From Kiritimatiellia bacterium (lineage in GTDB: Bacteria > Verrucomicrobiota > Kiritimatiellia > RFP12 > UBA1067), in the NCBI GenBank assembly GCA_017631385.1, contig JAGBTH010000140.1, positions 1 to 58,229 on the forward strand: a DNA stretch of 58,229 nt. Direction: 5' to 3'. This document shows positions 51,887-58,229 of this stretch, in pieces (the stretch's first letter is position 1; each line of letters starts with the position of its first letter). Under the pieces are notes generated by a model. The model had not been told where the DNA came from, did no database searches, and saw only the letters and a list, made by a program, of their open reading frames with translations. The position numbers and the translations under genes were made by a program.

Positions 51887-53374
51887 TTAGTTTGTGATTC
51901 CGTGGAAAGCGTTCAACTTCTTTTCGAGGTTATAAATCCTTAGCGCTAGGCTATGCAGTCGGTTGATGTCAATAATAGAGGACGTATCACAAAGCCAATA
52001 TACTTGGGTGGTATATCTGTCGAGGTCGCCGCCAAGCCACGAATCTTCTGTAATAAAAGACCCGTCCTTCTTCATCGCTTTAGGCCAGCCAACAGGCTCG
52101 TCGGCAATAGAAAACCAAACGTAAACTACAAGGTTTGGGCAATCGCGAAATACATTTTTACCCATTGTTTGCACGCTTTTCGGGATCGTTACCGCTTCCA
52201 AATTTGTACACCCCTTAAACGCTTCGTGTTCTATAGAGATTACGGTATCGGATATTGCGACTCTCTTAAGGCCCGTGCAATCCTTGAATGCGGACGCCTG
52301 AACGGTTCGAACATTCTCACTTAGAATAACTTTTTTTATGCTCGTACAACCCTTGAATGCCTCGGCACTTATAGAAGTTACAGGTACACCGTAATGTGTC
52401 GATGGGATTCTAATTTCCGTATCTGTACAACTGCCTATACCAGAAACCGACCATTCGCCGTCTGCGTTGACTGAAAGTAACAAACCATTACTCGCCCTGT
52501 ATTCCGCGCCAGCGTAAACCGCGGTTCCTCCTTGTGAGACTTCAGGAGCATTATAATGCACGGGGTGTCCGTCCTCTGATACGCCCTCTTGTCTATTCCA
52601 GCTACCCACCCAACCATCGGGCACGCTCGGCATACCTCTGAGATATACTTCGACTTTTGGGCAATTGTTAAATATACATGGTCCCATTATTTTTACACTC
52701 GCTGGTATGGATACGAATTCGAGACTTTCGCAGTATTCGAATACGTATCCACCGTTGGAGCCGATATCTGTTACGCCGTGTGGTATTGTTACACTCTTGA
52801 GTTTTTTACATTTATAAAACGCTTTTTCATCTATAAATGTAATACCAGATGGTATCGTTACGCTCACAAGGTTCGGACACTCTTCGAAGGCGTGGATGCT
52901 AGTATCACGCGGTGCGCGTATCTGCGTTACGGGTTTACCTTGATGCGTCGACGGTATTATCAGGTTTGTTAACGAGTTTTTGACTCCGCTGTCTTTACAC
53001 CATACTGCATACGTGCCGTTATTTAACGCCTCATACGACAGACCTGGCGTGGCTACTTCGGTAGCTGCACCTCCGACGTAGCCATCATCTCCAACATCAA
53101 TCTGTATTGATGTTCCAAGCACATTCGCCTCGACCCACGTTGCGTCGCCCTGCTCGCTGATCGATTTACAAAAATAGAATTTACCTTCTAGTTGACAATA
53201 ACACAGAGAGCCGGGTACAATCGTGCCGTAGGGAACTCCGAGACCGTCCTCCGCCACTTTCAATTTACTTAAATCGGCCTTTTCCGCAACGACAAAGTAA
53301 CCACCTTGAATGTATTTGGCGCTTGTTAAATAATTATCATCGCCCGTAGGTCCTAGTTCATCATATAATGCCAT
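51887..53374 (-). CDS. BspA-type leucine-rich-repeat protein with fibre-like N-terminus
   Basis: Repeats ...FEECPNLVSVTIPSGITFIDEKAFYKCKKLKSVTIPHGVTDIG... and ...AFKGCTSIKKVILSENVRTVQASAFKDCTGLKRVAISDTV.... N-terminus GGYFVV...GSLCYCQLEGKFY is shared with 53385..55469. Confidence 0.75.
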   Translation of the reverse strand: MALYDELGPTGDDNYLTSAKYIQGGYFVVAEKADLSKLKVAEDGLGVPYGTIVPGSLCYCQLEGKFYFCKSISEQGDATWVEANVLGTSIQIDVGDDGYVGGAATEVATPGLSYEALNNGTYAVWCKDSGVKNSLTNLIIPSTHQGKPVTQIRAPRDTSIHAFEECPNLVSVTIPSGITFIDEKAFYKCKKLKSVTIPHGVTDIGSNGGYVFEYCESLEFVSIPASVKIMGPCIFNNCPKVEVYLRGMPSVPDGWVGSWNRQEGVSEDGHPVHYNAPEVSQGGTAVYAGAEYRASNGLLLSVNADGEWSVSGIGSCTDTEIRIPSTHYGVPVTSISAEAFKGCTSIKKVILSENVRTVQASAFKDCTGLKRVAISDTVISIEHEAFKGCTNLEAVTIPKSVQTMGKNVFRDCPNLVVYVWFSIADEPVGWPKAMKKDGSFITEDSWLGGDLDRYTTQVYWLCDTSSIIDINRLHSLALRIYNLEKKLNAFHGITN

Positions 53375-53384
53375 TCGTATTCTC

Positions 53385-55469
53385 CTATTCGACTTTGTAT
53401 GTTTCAGTGCAAACCACTATCTTTTTTCTCGTTCGATAAGCGTAGTAGGTTCTACCCGAGCCATTAAAATCGTCGACCTCGAACGGACCTCTCGTTAACG
53501 AGCTCTCCCATAGATTTTGCACTGGGTCATACAAATGCCAAATTTGGCTGTACTCAGCGCTTTCCATAAGAAACCAAAGATACACCGACTCGGAGTTCGA
53601 CAGGGTATGCTGCGTTTCATTGCCGATTGATTCTGCCTTAATTATCGTGTTCGTGGTCGACGTCGATTGAGGGGGAGTATTAGTGTCTTCGGTTCCATAA
53701 AATATATAATTACCGGTTGTCGGGGTGGTTGCGCCACTATCGCCACTATCGCCACTATCGCCACTATCGCCACTATCGCCACTATCGCCACTATCGCCAC
53801 TATCATCAGCATCAACGATGCGATACTCAACGCTACGATCAGTTATGTAATGGTATCCTCTATATGCGAAGTATGAGATTTCCAAACCAGTTCCTGTTAT
53901 AAACGACTGAACGGGGATGGCATCTGATGTAATAGTAGGAACCCAAGACGAATCGACCTTATACTCAATTTGTTTCTTACCGGCATTCCAAGGCAGTAAG
54001 AACCAAATATATTCGGCTGAGGAGTATACGCTCGTAATCGTGTCGGTACCAATTTGTTTTACGCCCATTGTATCAGCCGACGTAGGGGGATTCTCGCCGT
54101 TTGACATTGCTATATAATTGTATTCATGAAACCAAAAATGGGCACTGCCCGATCGCGTATTCGTACCGTCACTCAACTGGCAGGTTATCGTGTTATAGCC
54201 GTCGGTGAATCTTGGCTTGTTTGTTAGCGTAATTGACTCGCCGCTTTTTATATTAGTACCTGAGGCGGTATATAAGGTTGCGCCATCGCATGTAATAATG
54301 ATCGAGGTGACAGGCAAAGTGCCTTCGTCGAATACGGGGGTCACCGTAGAAACTTCTTTTACCGTGCCCTTCTCGAATTCTCCAGAGGCAGGATCAGTAT
54401 AAATTTCGGGAAAACCAAACGGCTCATAATAGGTAAGCATCTTGCCTAATACCTCTGGCATTGATTTTCCAGAAAGGTCTTCACCTTGTACTATGCCGCC
54501 GAACGCGGTCATGGCCGTTAACGGTTTATTGTTTGCATCCTTTTCGGGTAAATAAATGTCCGCTTTCGTTGCGAACTTCGTGTTCACATAGAACTTGTTA
54601 ACGCAAGCTTGCTGGCTATATACGTTAACGGTTTGACCCATTTCGTTTACCGTGGTGTCATCGTTAACGTTGCATCTTATCTCGCCGTTTGCTTTTCTTA
54701 GGGGGATGGTATCGGATTTCGATGTGAAATTTAGATCCACATAAGAATATTGAAGCTTGCTTTGTAAGGTTGCGAGGTTCACAGCGTCTGCTGAGTCTCT
54801 CGGTGTACCGGTTCTTACATTACCATCCATCGTTCTAACAACAATCGAGCCGAGTCGAGGGTGATAGGTAAGTCCCGTGTCTTGTGTGCCGCATTCGATA
54901 TAATGCTTTCCTAGTTCTACGTTGAGCGAAGTCCATCCCTTTGCTTCTTTTAAGTCGTGAAGTGTGCTGTATCCACGGGGATCGAATACCTTCGAAGCAT
55001 TAAAGTCAATATAGTAGTATGGGTTTATACCAGCATTATTCGCTTCCTCTACATATACCCTGCTTCGGTTTTCGGTTAGAGTGTTGAAAAGAACCTCATT
55101 AAAAACCGGATTGTTTTCATTTGCTTCTTTTTTTGCGGCGTCCACTTCGGACATGTCCGGTGCGTAATCATCGTGACTATGATCTTTAGGTGCGTAATCA
55201 TCGTGACCATGATCTTTAGGTGCGTAATCACCTTCGCTAAAGTTCTTTTCTACCCAGCCAACCACATGTTCGTCGACTACCGAGTCGTCATAAATATAAA
55301 ACTTTCCGTCGGCTTGACAATAACATAAAGAGCCGCCTACGATAGATGATTTTAACGCGTTTCTAGCTTCTATCGTACTAACTACGAAATAACCGCCTTT
55401 TACATCGGTGCCTTCACACAAAAAGCCGTCGGCGGTATTCGTTAAGGGCATTTTTGTATTAACTGCCAT
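53385..55469 (-). CDS. fibre/adhesin-like protein with HxH repeats and a (DSG)n linker
   Basis: YAPKDHGHDDYAPKDHSHDDYAP, a (DSG)8 linker, and two copies of a C-terminal ...Y.WF...YYAYRT... domain. Confidence 0.7.
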   Translation of the reverse strand: MAVNTKMPLTNTADGFLCEGTDVKGGYFVVSTIEARNALKSSIVGGSLCYCQADGKFYIYDDSVVDEHVVGWVEKNFSEGDYAPKDHGHDDYAPKDHSHDDYAPDMSEVDAAKKEANENNPVFNEVLFNTLTENRSRVYVEEANNAGINPYYYIDFNASKVFDPRGYSTLHDLKEAKGWTSLNVELGKHYIECGTQDTGLTYHPRLGSIVVRTMDGNVRTGTPRDSADAVNLATLQSKLQYSYVDLNFTSKSDTIPLRKANGEIRCNVNDDTTVNEMGQTVNVYSQQACVNKFYVNTKFATKADIYLPEKDANNKPLTAMTAFGGIVQGEDLSGKSMPEVLGKMLTYYEPFGFPEIYTDPASGEFEKGTVKEVSTVTPVFDEGTLPVTSIIITCDGATLYTASGTNIKSGESITLTNKPRFTDGYNTITCQLSDGTNTRSGSAHFWFHEYNYIAMSNGENPPTSADTMGVKQIGTDTITSVYSSAEYIWFLLPWNAGKKQIEYKVDSSWVPTITSDAIPVQSFITGTGLEISYFAYRGYHYITDRSVEYRIVDADDSGDSGDSGDSGDSGDSGDSGDSGATTPTTGNYIFYGTEDTNTPPQSTSTTNTIIKAESIGNETQHTLSNSESVYLWFLMESAEYSQIWHLYDPVQNLWESSLTRGPFEVDDFNGSGRTYYAYRTRKKIVVCTETYKVE
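53733..53804. repeat. perfect 9-nt tandem repeat (GCCACTATC) x8, in frame, encoding (DSG)8
   Basis: 72 nt counted directly in the sequence. Confidence 0.9.
55159..55230. repeat. 30-nt tandem repeat, 2.4 copies
   Basis: GGTGCGTAATCATCGTGAC(T/C)ATGATCTTTA, which encodes KDH(G/S)HDDYAP. Confidence 0.85.
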
Positions 55470-55482
55470 AAATATCTCCTCC

Positions 55483-57378
55483 TTATTTCAATCTAAAGGT
55501 TGCATAATCTCCGGCACCAGCGGTATTCTTAGTCCTATAAGCAAAGAACGTGTCTTCGACATCGTTAGCCTTAACGAAATCAATCGTTCCCATCAACTCC
55601 GTGCCACCCAAGAAAGAGCCCCAATCTTTTGCTATATCAGAATATGCTTGGATGGTCTTGGTCGGCTGACTTGTTGTGTCTCCCTTTCTTACAAAAATCC
55701 ATACGTAAGCATTGGCGTAGTAATCGAACTTTGCGCCGGTGTTGGTCGTCAAGTTGGTAGATTTTTGAGATATGGTTATACCTTTAAGCCCATTAATTGT
55801 CGACGCGCTGTTGGAAATATAGTAAGGATAATCGACCGCGGTCTTTGAGAATGATGCGGAAGGCGAGGTACAAGAACCAGCAGAGATCTGAACGACGGGA
55901 TTCGAATTATTTCCAAGGTTTGTTTTTGCTATATTACCCTCGGAATATTGTGCGGTGACTGACGCTTCAACTGCGGGAGACTGGCCCACAATATAGTCTT
56001 CCGTCAGTGTGAGTGTTCCCGAAGTTAACGTGGTAGAAGATGGCGTTCCGTCTGAGAAGGAGTACGTTCCCATCTTACAACCCGTTGTGTCGTTCGTGGA
56101 ATAAGCACCGTCTTCAAATGTTATTGAGTAAGAAAGTGAGGAAATGGTGGTTCCTCTCTCATCGCTCTCGCTCGAACTTAGCGTGAGCCTAACGGAAGGA
56201 TGTGTCTTAATCGTTGGCTGATCTTCGGCCATGACGAATAGATTGTTAAAAACATCCCGCAACGAATCGCCTTCTTCGCCGATGGGAACCGGGTTTGTAC
56301 CGCTTGCGGTGGTGATTTTTCCGACATTATAGTGGGTCTTCAACTGAGATGACAGCTTTACATTTGTGTCCAACAGGTCCTTCGTTTCGTCTCTTTTGAC
56401 ATACCTACCGTCTGCGTATCCTTTGTTTATAAGGGTGTCGTTTGACGAGGAGTTACTGACGCGACCCTTGATCGATCCATCTGGCTTTCTCGCAACCGAC
56501 GTATACATCCTCGGGTGGTAGCTGGTCGTACGGTCCGCAATTTTGATTACGTATTCGGTTCCTTCTTGCACTTTATCGATGTCGAGGTCTCGTGCGGCGC
56601 ATAACTCGGCTAGTGACCGATAACCGTAAGGGTTATATATCGCCGAAGAGCCCGCATGGAAAACGTATAGCGAATTCAAGCCTCGACCGTTCTCTTCCGA
56701 GTTCTCCATATACACTCTTTCTTTTGCTAAAAGTTCCGCATAGAGTTCTTCGTTGAATACCCTATCTTCTTCGGGCTCGGGATCTCTTAATATCTGCTCA
56801 TCGACGAATGACATCGTATCGGTTTTATGCAGGAGTCTCGTGTCGAATCGACTATACCACTCTTGAAGGACTTCGATACACGCGCTGATATTCGCGTCGA
56901 TTATGACTGGCTTATTGTCGTAGCCCTCTTCGACGTTTGCCGCAGTAAGAGGTCTCGTGTTCCATACGTAGTCGGCATCGCTAGATGTCGTCTCTGGGTC
57001 GCCGCATATGAATTTAACAGCAAATGAGAGAGTGCCGGCGTACTTTGTCGCGGTGGACGATAACAACCAGCTAAATTCTATTTCATTGTCAACGACCTCA
57101 GCGTCCTTAACTGTGTAAATACCGGAGGATGTCTGATCTCCCGACGAGTTAACGTTTATGTAATGAATTTCAATCCTGTCGCATTCGGACATGTCATGAC
57201 CTTCGATTTCCAGAGGAGCTTTAAACCTGAAACGCTCAGCGTTCTTATCACCTTGGACGATTATCTGTTGATGGCGCTTATTCGAACCATCGGTTGGTCT
57301 TTCTACAGCTCTAGTGTCAGGATTAATTATAAAGGGACTTTCGTCGTCGATAATATTACACTTATGTAATTCGCTCAT
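55483..57378 (-). CDS. BppU_N-like baseplate-anchored receptor-binding protein (631 aa)
   Basis: N-terminus ...VQGDKNAERFRFKAPLEIEGHDMSECDRIEIHYIN...TLSFAVKF.... C-terminal ...FFAYRTKNT domain. Confidence 0.65.
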   Translation of the reverse strand: MSELHKCNIIDDESPFIINPDTRAVERPTDGSNKRHQQIIVQGDKNAERFRFKAPLEIEGHDMSECDRIEIHYINVNSSGDQTSSGIYTVKDAEVVDNEIEFSWLLSSTATKYAGTLSFAVKFICGDPETTSSDADYVWNTRPLTAANVEEGYDNKPVIIDANISACIEVLQEWYSRFDTRLLHKTDTMSFVDEQILRDPEPEEDRVFNEELYAELLAKERVYMENSEENGRGLNSLYVFHAGSSAIYNPYGYRSLAELCAARDLDIDKVQEGTEYVIKIADRTTSYHPRMYTSVARKPDGSIKGRVSNSSSNDTLINKGYADGRYVKRDETKDLLDTNVKLSSQLKTHYNVGKITTASGTNPVPIGEEGDSLRDVFNNLFVMAEDQPTIKTHPSVRLTLSSSESDERGTTISSLSYSITFEDGAYSTNDTTGCKMGTYSFSDGTPSSTTLTSGTLTLTEDYIVGQSPAVEASVTAQYSEGNIAKTNLGNNSNPVVQISAGSCTSPSASFSKTAVDYPYYISNSASTINGLKGITISQKSTNLTTNTGAKFDYYANAYVWIFVRKGDTTSQPTKTIQAYSDIAKDWGSFLGGTELMGTIDFVKANDVEDTFFAYRTKNTAGAGDYATFRLK

Positions 57379-57442
57379 GCCTACCTCCTTACTTTAATTT
57401 TTTACTATTGGCATCTTGCGTTATGCAAATCTGCCGACGGGT

Positions 57443-57979
57443 CTAAACCCAATTATCGTAGCCCTCTTCGACGTTTGCGCCGGTGACTGGTTTGGTGTTC
57501 CATGCGTATTCGATGTTGCTAGCCGGGGGCTGGATCGCATCGTTGATGCATAGAAATTTGACAGCAAACGAAAGAGTGCCAACATACTTTGTTGCGTTTC
57601 CTGGTATCAACCAGGTAAATCGGAGTTTCAGTTTTTCCAGATCGTCTACTGCGCTCTTATCTGTTACTTTAGCTCCGTTCTCGTCTACGACGTCCTTGTC
57701 GGTTACTTCGTAAACATCGGATGACTTCAGCTCGCCATCCGGGCTCTTGTTTATATAATGGATTTCGATTTTGTTACATTCGGACATATCATGACCTTCA
57801 ACGATCAACGGTACTTCGAATGTGAATCGCTCCGAGTTTTTATCTCCACGAACCATAACTGGGCGGCTATAATAATCGTTCAAATCAATGGCCGAATTAT
57901 TTATAACCCTTTTGTTAGTCTCGATTATAAAGTGATGATCGTCTTTGTCGGTGACGATACAATCATGTGTAAGAGCCAT
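57443..57979 (-). CDS. BppU_N-like protein containing the N-terminal domain only (178 aa)
   Basis: Paralogue of the first approximately 160 aa of 55483..57378. A 23-nt stretch is identical between them (56918..56940 and 57456..57478). Confidence 0.65.
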   Translation of the reverse strand: MALTHDCIVTDKDDHHFIIETNKRVINNSAIDLNDYYSRPVMVRGDKNSERFTFEVPLIVEGHDMSECNKIEIHYINKSPDGELKSSDVYEVTDKDVVDENGAKVTDKSAVDDLEKLKLRFTWLIPGNATKYVGTLSFAVKFLCINDAIQPPASNIEYAWNTKPVTGANVEEGYDNWV

Positions 57980-57994
57980 GACTACCTCCTTATT

Positions 57995-58229
57995 TTAGTT
58001 TCTTACTACTGATGTCTGACGCTCTGTAAAGGTATTGGTGGTGATGCTTAGACCTCGACCAACGCCAACTATACGAACGCCGAAGGATGAGCTAGTAAGG
58101 GCCTGGGGCGGTATCTTGCACTCGTCGTCGACGATACGTACAGGATAATCAACGGTTCCGTTTACGAATATGACTTTCTTTTCGCAACCCAACCAAAGTT
58201 CGTCGAACTCGAACTTGACGGTTAAATAA
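57995..58229 (-). CDS. 3' part of a small protein whose ORF enters from the right edge (see 1..91)
   Basis: The frame is open from 58229 (YLTVKFEFDELWLGCEKK...) to the stop at 57995. The TTG start in the ORF track is probably internal. Confidence 0.5.
   Translation of the reverse strand, partial: YLTVKFEFDELWLGCEKKVIFVNGTVDYPVRIVDDECKIPPQALTSSSFGVRIVGVGRGLSITTNTFTERQTSVVRN

Noticed and set aside
53733-53804. Possible CRISPR array or other non-coding repeat
   Set aside because: The 9-nt units are contiguous with no spacers, and they lie in frame inside a long ORF where they encode (DSG)8.
1-58229. Integrated prophage with host flanks, attL and attR inside the window
   Set aside because: No host-like genes occur at either edge. 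The edge ORFs join each other in frame, and an intact attP-like site lies next to the recombinase gene.

Overview
The window is almost entirely a densely packed tailed-phage genome of about 58.2 kb. It looks siphovirus-like, with an HK97-fold capsid, a tape measure and a TP901/phi13-type tail tube. The host is probably a Gram-positive, Firmicutes-type bacterium, judging from strong GGAGG ribosome-binding sites, an r1t-type holin, an amidase+SH3b lysin and a large serine recombinase. No host genes, rRNA, tRNA or CRISPR array were seen. Every convincing gene except the serine recombinase (25896..27536, +) lies on the minus strand. The two window ends share AATAA, and overlapping them joins two edge-truncated ORFs in frame, so this is probably a complete circular or circularly permuted genome. 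Arm 1 (about 25.75 kb down to 0.2 kb) starts with a sigma-like regulator. It continues with an array of tiny membrane-protein cassettes insulated by terminators, four paralogous proteins (three of them TM-anchored) and the replication genes. These are an SF3 helicase-AEP primase-PolB fusion, an SF2 helicase, an SSB-like protein and two nucleases. The arm ends with a 924-aa protein carrying the catalytic signature of YonO/RdRP-type two-barrel RNA polymerases. Arm 2 (wrapping from 58.2 kb down to 27.6 kb) carries adhesin/fibre genes, TerS-like/HNH/TerL, portal, a protease-capsid fusion, tail genes, the tape measure, baseplate/fibre genes and the holin. The most interesting items are listed here.
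1. The RNAP-like protein has two HTH modules.
2. A tripartite motif, TCGCG-N7-CA-N8-TATGAR, occurs 10 times in front of arm-1 genes.
3. An N-terminal YHYGVPGMKWGVRR tag is shared by three small proteins scattered through the packaging and lysis modules and is loosely echoed at the RNAP N-terminus.
4. The replicase is a triple fusion.
5. There is an iteron-like array at 4.8-5.1 kb.
6. There is a candidate serine-integrase attP at 27563..27610.
All functional calls come from motif recognition by eye. No database search or structure prediction was run.
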